IMG/VR virus record: IMGVR_UViG_3300005098_000001
Source of the DNA: an uncultured virus (IMG/VR IMGVR_UViG_3300005098_000001)
Taxonomy: Duplodnaviria; Heunggongvirae; Uroviricota; Caudoviricetes
DNA: 20,000 bases
Strand: one strand, 5' to 3'
In this document: piece by piece, positions 1-8,721 of the stretch
Layout of the letters: each line of letters starts with the position of its first letter
Numbering within the stretch: position 1 is the first letter of the stretch
The notes under the pieces: model-generated
Database searches by the model: none
Told to the model about the DNA's origin: nothing
The model's input: the letters and a program-made list of their open reading frames with translations, nothing else
Translations under genes and position numbers: made by a program

Positions 1-1
1 T

Positions 2-943
2 CTAGCCCCGGCTCCGGACATTTTCTTCAGTCCAGAACTTAGGGGAAGAAGTCAAGAGGGTGATCGTGCTTTTAGGAAGAGTAGAAAAAGATTAGACAAG
101 TGTGAGGGTGCAATCACAATAACCTGTTATCCAGAAGGAGGTGGAGATAAAGCAGGTTTAGGTTTGCTTTTAAAACATTTAACAGCTGGAGTTACAAGTG
201 GTACACTAAAAGGTACTGCTGATGGTCTTTCAGAAGATTACTTTCTTCATCAATTTATTCCAAAAGATAGATATGAAAATCTTCAAGCAGGTTCTACTTA
301 TAAAGTTTATGGTTTGACAGTACATGTTGGTAGAGAGGATGATTCAGGAACTCTTAGAAATTATCCTTATGTAGGTTGTAGAATTAGGAATGCTACATTT
401 TCTTGTGCTGCTGGAGAAGAATTAAAATGTTCTGTTGAATTTGTTGGTAGAAAGGCTAAAGATGCTGGGACTGCTAAGGTTCTTTCTTATACAAATTTAG
501 ATCCTTGGATGTTCGATGAAGCTGAAGTTACTATAGATGGAAATTCAAGGGATATAGACTCGTTTGAAGTTACAGTTACAAATGGAATGGCAGAAAGTGG
601 AGTCTTAGGTACAAATGTATTAGGTAGGGTAAGATTTTCTGGAATGAGGTCAGTTACTGGAAATATTACTGCTCCTTTTGAAGGTTGGGTGAAAACATTA
701 TATGATAAGTGGAGAAATCATCAAACTGCTTCTCTTAATATAAAGTTTACAAAAGGAACTTATTTTATATTTGAAATTGATCTTCCTAAGATTGTATTTA
801 CTGGAGCTCCTCCTTCTGTTGGTGGCCCTGAGGAATTGATAGTTACTCTTCCATTTCAAGCTCTTTGGGATGATTCGAATAATTATGATGTTAAGTTTAA
901 ATTAGGAAATCGTGATGAGACCATAGGCTATGATATAACATAA
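2..943 (+). CDS. Phage tail tube (major tail) protein, 5'-truncated
   Basis: The frame of the listed 164..943 ORF is open back to base 2 (LAPAPDIFFSPELRGRSQEG...CEGAITITCYPEGGG...GLGLLLKHL), so the true start is upstream of the window. Beta-rich tail-tube-like motifs (YVGCRIRNATFS, LKCSVEFVG, FEVTVTNG, RSVTGNIT, IDLPKIVF, VTLPFQA). Lies directly before the chaperone and tape measure genes. Confidence 0.85.
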   Translation, partial: LAPAPDIFFSPELRGRSQEGDRAFRKSRKRLDKCEGAITITCYPEGGGDKAGLGLLLKHLTAGVTSGTLKGTADGLSEDYFLHQFIPKDRYENLQAGSTYKVYGLTVHVGREDDSGTLRNYPYVGCRIRNATFSCAAGEELKCSVEFVGRKAKDAGTAKVLSYTNLDPWMFDEAEVTIDGNSRDIDSFEVTVTNGMAESGVLGTNVLGRVRFSGMRSVTGNITAPFEGWVKTLYDKWRNHQTASLNIKFTKGTYFIFEIDLPKIVFTGAPPSVGGPEELIVTLPFQALWDDSNNYDVKFKLGNRDETIGYDIT

Positions 944-958
944 GAAAGGAGGCACTAG

Positions 959-1423
959 ATGCCCATTAAAAGTATGCCTAAAAGTGAAATAGTATATGTT
1001 CCTGAGTATTCAGGAAATAGAGAGGATGAAAATCCTCTTTGGGTAAAGATTAAACCTCTTTCAAGAAGAGAAAGTGATTTTTACAGAAAACAAGTAAGAT
1101 ATTGGAGAAAAAAAGGTTTTAGAGACCAATGGGAGTCAAATCTCCCAGATATTGAGAAAAAGCAATTTCTAGATCATGTTTTAGAAGTGCATAATTTTAT
1201 TGATTTTGAAACTGGAGAGGAAATTACAGATGTTAATAGGTTTTATAATGAAGCTCCTGATGAGTTAATTACTGAGATTTTTAATGCAATATTAGATGCA
1301 AGTACTTTTTCTGAGGAAGAACTAAAAAACTTCAAGCGGCTTGCCGCTGGGCAGTCAGTGGCAAGCAGTGGGACTGCGAAAGTTGCTCAGAAAAAGAAAG
1401 GAGAGCAAGAAACTGTGCAATAG
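959..1423 (+). CDS. Tail assembly chaperone (lambda gpG-like role)
   Basis: AAGGAGG SD before the ATG; 154 aa; lies between tail tube and tape measure; contains in-frame slippery site A AAA AAC (L-K-N) near its 3' end. Confidence 0.8.
   Translation: MPIKSMPKSEIVYVPEYSGNREDENPLWVKIKPLSRRESDFYRKQVRYWRKKGFRDQWESNLPDIEKKQFLDHVLEVHNFIDFETGEEITDVNRFYNEAPDELITEIFNAILDASTFSEEELKNFKRLAAGQSVASSGTAKVAQKKKGEQETVQ
1324..1366 (+). promoter_or_regulatory. Programmed -1 ribosomal frameshift signal (slippery heptamer plus downstream stem-loop)
   Basis: A_AAA_AAC at 1324-1330 in correct X XXY YYZ phase; 8 nt later GCTTGCCGCTG (1339-1349) pairs with CAGTGGCAAGC (1356-1366), 11 bp with one G-U, locally GC-rich; the -1 frame is open to 1773. 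Confidence 0.85.
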
Positions 1424-1773
1424 ATTGTGATGATGTTGTTCTAGTTAAAGAAGGAGATTTTTATATTGTTTTTTCTGAGTCTATTAAAGGAAAATTTCAG
1501 CTTACTTTAGGGGATATAAAATTTAAGGTTTGTCCTTTAAGTTGGATAACTGATGATAGTTGGTTGTATTTAGAATTATTTCAATTGTGTAAGATTTTAA
1601 ATGTTCTTCCAGAAGAGGGAGGTTTATTAGATCAGGATAACAAAACAATAGAAGCTTTTCAAATAATTAATTATGAATTTGAAAAGGCTAAAGCTAAAGC
1701 AACAAAAACTTTAGATTTGAGGACTTATGGAAAAGGATTTAACTTTAAGAATCAGGGCAAAAAATTTAGCTAA
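1330..1773 (+). CDS. -1 frame extension of the tail assembly chaperone (gpGT-like; fused product 959..1773)
   Basis: The -1 frame reads LQAACRWAVSGKQWDCESCSEKERRARNCAIDC...KVCPLSWIT...LPEEGGLLDQDNKTIEAF... without a stop and is continuous with the listed 1564..1773 ORF, whose TTG start has no SD. Confidence 0.8.
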   Translation, partial: LQAACRWAVSGKQWDCESCSEKERRARNCAIDCDDVVLVKEGDFYIVFSESIKGKFQLTLGDIKFKVCPLSWITDDSWLYLELFQLCKILNVLPEEGGLLDQDNKTIEAFQIINYEFEKAKAKATKTLDLRTYGKGFNFKNQGKKFS

Positions 1774-4087
1774 GGCTGCTTTTGAGGAGGTTAAAACTGG
1801 TTTAAATAGATTAGGAAAAGTTTTAAAATCAGTAGAGTCTCAGGTATTTTCTTTTAAAGGAGCAATTGCTGCTCTAGTTGCTGCTTTGGGTGCTAGGGAA
1901 TTAGGTTCTAGTTTACATACTGCGGGTACAGATATTGAGAAATTTAGATCTCAGCTTCAAGCATTATATCAAGGAAACATTGAATTAGCAGAAAGAGCTT
2001 TACAAACTGTTATAGAATTTTCTGAAAAGACACCTTTTTATACTAAAGATGTTGTTGATGCTTTTATTCTTTTAGAAAGTACAGGAATAGGTGGTTCTAA
2101 AAGACTTCTTACAGTTCTTGGCGATACTGCTTTTATTTTTAACCGAAATATTAGTGACGTAGCTTCTGCTTTGATAAGTATGGAAACTGAAGTTTGGAGG
2201 AGACTTGGTGTAGTGATTGATAGAACTGGAAAAAAAGCAATACTTACATCTGGTAATGTTAGAATGGAAGTGGATAATAATATAGCTTCTATCCGTGCAG
2301 CACTTGTAGATCTCTTAGAAAAAAGATTTTCTGGAGGAATGAAACAGGCTGAGAAAACCTTTACTGGTATTATGAGAATAATTGGATCTATCTGGGACAT
2401 TTTTCTCTATCAGGTTACTGAATCAGGCCTCTGGGACTATATTAAAGCGGTTTTTCAAACTTTGTTGGATTATATTAATAAATTTAGAAAAGAAGGTAAA
2501 TTAGATGAATGGGCTAAAGATATCTCTAAAGCACTAGTATGGTGTTTCCAAAAAGGTGTTGAAGCAATTGGACTTTTTATTAAAACTATAGATGTCTTAA
2601 AAATGGCTTGGGAAGGAGTTAAAGGTGTAATTGCATTAGCCTTGTCTACAATACTTACAGGAATATCTGGAGTTCTAGAAAGTTTAGGGAAAGTAGTAGG
2701 ATTTTTTAAGAAAGATTGGGGAGAAGCACTTCAAAGTGCATCTGAAAGTCTTAGGGATCTTAAAGATAAACTTCTTAGTAGTGCTAGTGAATCCTTTGCT
2801 GCAGTAGATAAAAATTATCAAAAAGTATTAGAACACCATGAGGCTTTTCAAAAATTAGAAAATGAGATCAATGAAAGGTTTAAACAAAATTTACAGGTTA
2901 CTCAACAGTTATCAGAGGTTAAGCATTCAGCAGCACAATTAGAATTAAAAGATAGGACAAAGATTGCAGAACAGGAAGAAAAAGATAGAAAAAGAAGACT
3001 AGAAGAAGAAGAGGAAAGAAAGAAATTTGAGGAAGAAAGGTTAAAGTACTTTGAGAAAATTAAAGAAGAAATGATGTCAAAGTCTGAACTGTATGCCAAG
3101 AAAATGGAAGAAGAAATTGAAAAATATGCAAAGACTGAAGAAGAAAAGGAATTAATAAGACAATACTACTCTCAAAAAGTTGAAGAAGCAAAACAAAAAG
3201 AATTAGAAGAAGAAAGACAGCGTCAAGCTGAACTTCTATCAATAAAACTTACAGGTAATAAAGATTTTATTGATGCAACAAAGGCTGATTTAGAATATAT
3301 TGCAAAACTATATGATGACTTTTCTAAACAATATGGTGAAAGTTTAGCAAAACCTATGACTGCTTTCATAGCTGGCATTGATATGGCTATAAATGAACTT
3401 CCAAAAAAGAATGAACTCATTGCAAAGATGGGAAGAGACTTAGTTAATAATTTAGATGAAGGATTTAGAAATTTATTTAAAGGACTTGTAACTGAAGGGA
3501 TAGGTGGAGTAAAAGATGCTTGGAAACAATTTTGTAGTACTATGAAGGATACTTTTTTAGATACTTTAGCTGAAATAGCTGCTTCACAAACCTTACGACT
3601 TTTAAAACATGCAATTATTAAAATATTTGAGGATATACTTAAATCTAAGGCAGTTCAAGGAGTGATAAGTTTATTTGAAAATCTTTTTCATGTAATTATT
3701 CCTGGTTTTGATTTTTTAAAGTTGCCTCAAAGTGTAAGTAGAATGAATATTCCTAATGTTACAAGTGCACCAGTAGTTGGATCAAAGCTGTATAGGAGAA
3801 GACCTGTTCCTGTTAATTATCTTTATGGAGGAAGAAGAGGAGTTCCTTCTGGTGGGATAGCTTATCCTTTAACTCCTTCTCCTGAAAAAGAACTTACAAT
3901 TTCTCCTGTTGAAATGACTCCAGAAACTAAAATGGTAAGACCTACAGTGATTAATGTAAATATTGAAGTTAAAACCTGGGATACAGCTACGATGCAAAAA
4001 ACAGTTAGAAATCAAATTATTCCTAATATTGTAGAAAATATTAGAAATTATGGTATCTTACATTCAGAGATCAAAAGAGTTGTTTAA
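1727..4087 (+). CDS. Tail tape measure protein (copy 1)
   Basis: 786 aa, helical; tape-measure-type N-terminus (LTLRIRAKN; FSEKTPF..DVVDAF...LGDTA), E/K-rich coiled coil, C-terminal VINVNIEV..D motif; follows the chaperone frameshift pair. Confidence 0.9.
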   Translation: MEKDLTLRIRAKNLAKAAFEEVKTGLNRLGKVLKSVESQVFSFKGAIAALVAALGARELGSSLHTAGTDIEKFRSQLQALYQGNIELAERALQTVIEFSEKTPFYTKDVVDAFILLESTGIGGSKRLLTVLGDTAFIFNRNISDVASALISMETEVWRRLGVVIDRTGKKAILTSGNVRMEVDNNIASIRAALVDLLEKRFSGGMKQAEKTFTGIMRIIGSIWDIFLYQVTESGLWDYIKAVFQTLLDYINKFRKEGKLDEWAKDISKALVWCFQKGVEAIGLFIKTIDVLKMAWEGVKGVIALALSTILTGISGVLESLGKVVGFFKKDWGEALQSASESLRDLKDKLLSSASESFAAVDKNYQKVLEHHEAFQKLENEINERFKQNLQVTQQLSEVKHSAAQLELKDRTKIAEQEEKDRKRRLEEEEERKKFEEERLKYFEKIKEEMMSKSELYAKKMEEEIEKYAKTEEEKELIRQYYSQKVEEAKQKELEEERQRQAELLSIKLTGNKDFIDATKADLEYIAKLYDDFSKQYGESLAKPMTAFIAGIDMAINELPKKNELIAKMGRDLVNNLDEGFRNLFKGLVTEGIGGVKDAWKQFCSTMKDTFLDTLAEIAASQTLRLLKHAIIKIFEDILKSKAVQGVISLFENLFHVIIPGFDFLKLPQSVSRMNIPNVTSAPVVGSKLYRRRPVPVNYLYGGRRGVPSGGIAYPLTPSPEKELTISPVEMTPETKMVRPTVINVNIEVKTWDTATMQKTVRNQIIPNIVENIRNYGILHSEIKRVV

Positions 4088-7000
4088 ATGGCAAAAGAAT
4101 TACTCCTTACTGTAAGAGCAAAAAATCTTGCTTCTCCTGTATTCAGTGAAGTTTCTAGAGAAGTTAAAAAACCTTTTATTCCAAGAACTTTAAAGGTTTT
4201 AGGTTTAATAGCCCTAGGTTATGAATTTAGAAAATTATTTAATGCTTATCTTAGAACTCAAGCAGAATTAGAAAATTATTTAATCCAAATACAAATTGCA
4301 GAAAATATATCAAAAGAAGAAGCTTATGAAATACTTTCTCAGTTAAAGAGTTTTGCAAGAATACTTCCTTTTGAAACATCAGATATAATAAGAGCCTGGA
4401 TTCTTCTACATTCTGCAGGCTTTCCAGTAACAATTGAACATTTGAAAATAATTGCAGATACTGCTTTTGTATTTAATAGAACTATGACAGATGTTGCTTC
4501 TGCGATGGTTTCACAAGAGACAAGAGTACTAAGAAATTTAGGTTTGATTATTACTAAAGAACATGATAAATATAGGATAGTTGCTGGAAAATTACAAAAA
4601 GAGATAGATGCTAATAGGATTTCTCTATTTAATGCAATTTTGGAGGCACAAAAACAATATGAAGGGGCTTCAAGCAGAGCTTATTATGATGTATCTGGTT
4701 TAATAATGATTTTTAGGAGTGAGTGGTGGGAGTTTTTGGCTTTAATAAGAGAAAAAGGTTTGGCTGATTATATATTGGCCGCATTATTTACATTAGAGGA
4801 CTTTATTCTTAAAAAGAAAGAACAAGGAATTTTAAAAGGTTGGGCTGAGAGAATTTCAGAAAGATTAACTTATTATATGGATATAATGGTTAAAGCTAGT
4901 ATTTTATTTTTACAATCTTTAAAGGAAATAATAGGTACCTTTGCTTCTCTTTATGATTACATTGTGAAATTTGGAAATTTTTTGAGTTCTTTGACTTTAC
5001 GTGTTAGACCTCCCGAAATAGTAATCGAAAAGAAAACAATTGGGATTGGTAATTTAGAAAAATCAAAAAATAAATGGATTGATGCATTAGATAATTTTAC
5101 TACAGCTTATACACAGTTTTGGAGTGATGTAAATCAAAGATATAGTAAAAATAGAGAAGAAACTAAAAAGACCCTGGAATTAATTAAGGAAAAAGAGAAT
5201 TTGGAATTACAGACTAATTTGGACAGATTAAAGCAAGAAGAATTAGAAATACAAAAGAGAAGAGAGAGAATAGAAGAAGAAAAGAAAAGAGAAGAAGAAA
5301 GACGGAAATACTTTGAAAATCTTTTAAAGAAAATGCAAGATTTTTCAGAGGCATTGGTAATTTGTTATGAAAGAGATAGAAAAGTATATGCAAAGACTAT
5401 TGAAGAAGAAGAACAAATTAGAGCATATTATCAACAAAGATGGATTGAAGCAATTAAACATAGATATGATGTTTTAATAGATATGATGGATCAGGATAAG
5501 CTTTTGACTGAGGAAGCTTATTTAAATTATACAAATGCGTTTTATAAAAATGCTAGAGAATTAAAGGAACTTTTAGATACGTATTATAAAAAATTTGGTT
5601 CAACCTATGCTCAAGAAATTCAAAAAGCTAAAGTAGATCCAAGAGAAATTATTGGAAGAGCTAATGAATTACTGAGTGAAATTCCTTTGATTGACCAATA
5701 CTTTGAATATGATTTGGGAAAAGCCTATTCTTCTATTCCTAAAAAGATTCATGAGTTTTTTACAGCTAAAGGTATTAAAGTTGAAGGCAAAACTTATCCT
5801 GGGTTTTTTGAATATTTCAGAACAGGTTTTATTAATGATGTTAAAGCAACTGCAAAGGAGATTAGAAGTTCTCTTTCATATAGATTTAATTTAGAAAATT
5901 TTAATGTATGGTTTTCTGATGTTTTTACTTCTAGTGCAGTTCAAAGATTTTTTAGTTTGGTTGATACTCTTTTTCATCCTAATGTAGATAATGTTTTTCT
6001 TAGTAAGTACACATCAAGTTTAAAAAGTGCAATAATTCAATCAGCAGAAAAACTTGCTGTTAAATTTATGGCTAAATTATTTGGAGTTGCAATTTCTGAA
6101 TTAGGTTGGTTTTTTGCAAGTTTAAATGCACTTAAGTTGGTTAGAGGATTATTCAGTATGTTTGGATTAAAACTTGGACCTGGTGCGAGTGGGATTGGTC
6201 ACTTTGGTTGGTTAATGGGGATTACAGTAAATCCAATTTATGGAGGTTTGATTGGGGCTTTTATTGGTACTATAATTGGGGCTGCTTTAGATGCTTTAGG
6301 TTTTTTTAAGGCTGAAAAGACAATTTATCAATTTGCAGGTCCATTTTATAGTATTGCAGTTACTCCTACTGTTCTTTTTAAAGCAGGAGGAATTGAAACT
6401 GCAGTGACAATTGACCACCTTATGATACCCTCACTTGCTGCTCAATTCTCTTTTAGATTAATGGTACTTCAAAAGATTGCAGAAGTCAAATCTTATGTAA
6501 GAGAACAATTAGTTGGAGTTCAAAGTCGTAAACTTGGAGCAACTATATCAATTGCTTATTATAAAGCACTTGCAAATTGTGCAGGCTGTGAACCTGGGGC
6601 CCTTCCTTCTGCTATCTTTGTTTCGAATACTCCGGAAGGAGCAATAGGTAAGATGTATTCTTTTTTAATGGACTTTGCTTATTATTATATTGATGAAGCG
6701 GCTTTCTGTGATGCTATTTATAAAGTTCTTCCTCCAGAATATGCAGGACCTACTTATTCTGAGTATGCAAAAAGTATGATTGAATCAATTAGAAGTTCAC
6801 TTATTACTCCTCGTGAACCAGAAGAAAAATGGAAATGGTGGAAAGAAAGTGTTTATTCAGAATCTACTGGAATAGCAGTAAGAAAATTAGAAGAAATAAA
6901 GCATAGAATGTATTATACAAGTGAGACCTATTGGACTGAGCATTTAACTCCTGTTTATGGAGAAGGTATTCCCAAAACTTTTACTATAAGAACTCCTACA

Positions 7001-7531
7001 AAGTGGGAAGTAGTGAGAGAAACTGTAGTAGAAAAGAGATTTAGAACAGTAAAAGTTTTGAATTTTATTAAAAAGATGGCTATTACATATACAGTAGGAG
7101 GGGTAGAAAAAACTCGATGGATAGATATTTATAGTGCAAGTTATTATACTTATCCAGAAACAATCGTTAAAACTATAGAGAAAAAAGTTCCTACTAAATG
7201 GGAAGAAAAAGTAATACAATATACAGAAAGAAGAATTAAAGGATATTTGGTAAGAATGGTTCCTAGAGTTTCTTATACTCCTATTATTAGTCCTGAAGAA
7301 CAAGAATTATTAAGTGTAAGTGGTGCATTAGGAGCTTATTTATATCATTTTAGACCTGGAAAGTTTATGACTGTAAGCTATGGAAAAGAAAGAGAACTTG
7401 CTAGACATATTCTACCTGAAGAAATTTTTAATGTTACTATTATTGGAACAGATTTAGAAGGAAATCCAGGACATGAAAAAATCAATGAAGCAATTGATGA
7501 TGCATTTAGGGAGTTAAATAAATGGCTATAA
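4088..7531 (+). CDS. Second tape-measure-like protein (paralogue of 1727..4087)
   Basis: 1147 aa, abuts the stop of copy 1. Colinear similarity: MAKELLLTVRAKNLA vs MEKDLTLRIRAKNLA; DTAFVFNRTMTDVASAMVSQETRVLRNLG vs DTAFIFNRNISDVASALISMETEVWRRLG; YAKTIEEEEQIRAYY vs YAKTEEEKELIRQYY. Gly-rich hydrophobic segments in the C-terminal half. Confidence 0.8.
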   Translation: MAKELLLTVRAKNLASPVFSEVSREVKKPFIPRTLKVLGLIALGYEFRKLFNAYLRTQAELENYLIQIQIAENISKEEAYEILSQLKSFARILPFETSDIIRAWILLHSAGFPVTIEHLKIIADTAFVFNRTMTDVASAMVSQETRVLRNLGLIITKEHDKYRIVAGKLQKEIDANRISLFNAILEAQKQYEGASSRAYYDVSGLIMIFRSEWWEFLALIREKGLADYILAALFTLEDFILKKKEQGILKGWAERISERLTYYMDIMVKASILFLQSLKEIIGTFASLYDYIVKFGNFLSSLTLRVRPPEIVIEKKTIGIGNLEKSKNKWIDALDNFTTAYTQFWSDVNQRYSKNREETKKTLELIKEKENLELQTNLDRLKQEELEIQKRRERIEEEKKREEERRKYFENLLKKMQDFSEALVICYERDRKVYAKTIEEEEQIRAYYQQRWIEAIKHRYDVLIDMMDQDKLLTEEAYLNYTNAFYKNARELKELLDTYYKKFGSTYAQEIQKAKVDPREIIGRANELLSEIPLIDQYFEYDLGKAYSSIPKKIHEFFTAKGIKVEGKTYPGFFEYFRTGFINDVKATAKEIRSSLSYRFNLENFNVWFSDVFTSSAVQRFFSLVDTLFHPNVDNVFLSKYTSSLKSAIIQSAEKLAVKFMAKLFGVAISELGWFFASLNALKLVRGLFSMFGLKLGPGASGIGHFGWLMGITVNPIYGGLIGAFIGTIIGAALDALGFFKAEKTIYQFAGPFYSIAVTPTVLFKAGGIETAVTIDHLMIPSLAAQFSFRLMVLQKIAEVKSYVREQLVGVQSRKLGATISIAYYKALANCAGCEPGALPSAIFVSNTPEGAIGKMYSFLMDFAYYYIDEAAFCDAIYKVLPPEYAGPTYSEYAKSMIESIRSSLITPREPEEKWKWWKESVYSESTGIAVRKLEEIKHRMYYTSETYWTEHLTPVYGEGIPKTFTIRTPTKWEVVRETVVEKRFRTVKVLNFIKKMAITYTVGGVEKTRWIDIYSASYYTYPETIVKTIEKKVPTKWEEKVIQYTERRIKGYLVRMVPRVSYTPIISPEEQELLSVSGALGAYLYHFRPGKFMTVSYGKERELARHILPEEIFNVTIIGTDLEGNPGHEKINEAIDDAFRELNKWL

Positions 7532-8082
7532 ATTTTTTAGTAGAGTGGGAAGCTAAATGGGATCCTCCAGAAGGTCCTAAACTTTTATCGAGAGTTTTAG
7601 AGGGGCTTGATGAAAGGATTTTTCAATCTGGTTTTTTAGATAGATTTTGGAAAAAGGTTCATAGGGATATTGCAAAAGCTGTAGATAGAAAATTTTCTAC
7701 TAAGCCAGGTTGGCCTCCTCTTTCACCTAAATATAAACATAAAAAAGAAATTATGGTAAAAAGAGGCTATAAAATTAGAGTAGGAACTTTTGGCAGAAAG
7801 GTTTGTAAATTTACAGAAATGGGGAAATTGACTGGAGTCATGTATCTTTCAGCAACAAAAAAAAGATATGCTCATATTTTTGAAGTAATGGATGCTCCAA
7901 ATTTTAAAAAAGCAAAAATGAAATATGCTATAGATCTTTCTAAGATTCCTTATCCTAAATATTTTGATAAAAAAAGACCTTTTTTCTATTTGACTGAAAC
8001 TGAAGCACAAAAAGTAATGAAAGGTTTGCATTATATTTGTTGGAGAGAGATGAGGAAAGTAATTTCTAAAGGAGGACCTTAA
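7522..8082 (+). CDS. Phage virion morphogenesis / tail completion protein (P2 gpS / Mu gpG-like)
   Basis: Basic 186 aa protein with F....GWPPLSPKYKHKK, central LTG.M..S and C-terminal KRPFF motifs typical of this family; overlaps the upstream stop; GGGAG SD. Confidence 0.65.
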   Translation: MAINFLVEWEAKWDPPEGPKLLSRVLEGLDERIFQSGFLDRFWKKVHRDIAKAVDRKFSTKPGWPPLSPKYKHKKEIMVKRGYKIRVGTFGRKVCKFTEMGKLTGVMYLSATKKRYAHIFEVMDAPNFKKAKMKYAIDLSKIPYPKYFDKKRPFFYLTETEAQKVMKGLHYICWREMRKVISKGGP

Positions 8083-8514
8083 ATGGACACAACAGATTAT
8101 GTTACAGAGGGAATAGGTAAGATATATGATGCTTTGAATTCTAATAAAAGTTTTTTACGTTTTAAAACTCTATTAAAATCAGATGCTCCTTTTATAACCA
8201 GATATCCTGCAATTACTATTGAATTTGATTCTTCTTCTGAGGAGTGGATTAGACTTCCTAAAGTAAAAAGACTTCATCTAACTTATGCAGTTACAATTTA
8301 TTATGAGGAATTTTCAGAAAAAACTAGAAGAGAAAAAGTAAGAGAATTTCTAAATAAAATTTGTAATGTTTTAAGGGAAAATTATAACTTTGGAGGTTGG
8401 GCTCTTTTTTCAGATATTGAGGATGTAGCCCCTTATATTATTGCTGGAGGAGAAAAGTTAATCGCGGGTGGACAGATTATGGTGACACTACATAAAGATG
8501 TCAAATTATCGTAA
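8083..8514 (+). CDS. Putative tail terminator / tail completion protein
   Basis: 143 aa, AGGAGG SD; YPAITI strand, YAVTIY strand, then helix (ICNVLREN..FGG), a pattern resembling siphophage tail terminators; paired with the gpS-like gene. Confidence 0.55.
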   Translation: MDTTDYVTEGIGKIYDALNSNKSFLRFKTLLKSDAPFITRYPAITIEFDSSSEEWIRLPKVKRLHLTYAVTIYYEEFSEKTRREKVREFLNKICNVLRENYNFGGWALFSDIEDVAPYIIAGGEKLIAGGQIMVTLHKDVKLS

Positions 8515-8536
8515 AAATTTATTAATTCGGTAATTT

Positions 8537-8564
8537 TTGAGATCTTTTCTTATTTTGATATAAT
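8537..8564 (+). promoter_or_regulatory. Sigma70-type promoter with extended -10
   Basis: TTGAGA (8537-8542), 16 nt spacer ending in TGa, TATAAT (8559-8564), followed by SD AGGAGGT (8571-8577). Confidence 0.65.
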
Positions 8565-8584
8565 AAAAATAGGAGGTAAAAAAA

Positions 8585-8716
8585 ATGCCAAAAGGAAAAT
8601 CTAGACCTTGTCCAGGAAGTAAAATTAGAAGTGGAGGAAAAGGAAGAGGCTTAGGACGTGGAAAAGGGAAAGGTCCAATTGGAAGACCAATTGGAATGGA
8701 TAAAGGTAGTAAATAA
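8585..8716 (+). CDS. Small Gly/Lys/Arg-rich basic protein (43 aa, not in ORF track)
   Basis: MPKGKSRPCPGSKIRSGGKGRGLGRGKGKGPIGRPIGMDKGSK*; AGGAGGT 7 nt before the ATG; promoter immediately upstream; fills the intergenic gap. Confidence 0.75.
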   Translation: MPKGKSRPCPGSKIRSGGKGRGLGRGKGKGPIGRPIGMDKGSK

Positions 8717-8721
8717 TAACT

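Noticed and set aside
1564..1773. Independent 69 aa gene
   Set aside because: TTG start without SD; the frame is open back to the slippery site, so it is better explained as the end of the frameshift product.
2970..3220. GAA-rich low-complexity tracts (also about 5230-5420)
   Set aside because: They encode the E/K/R coiled coil of the tape measure proteins; no separate element needed.
8513..8540. Terminator after the tail terminator-like gene
   Set aside because: Only a weak A/T stem; not convincing.
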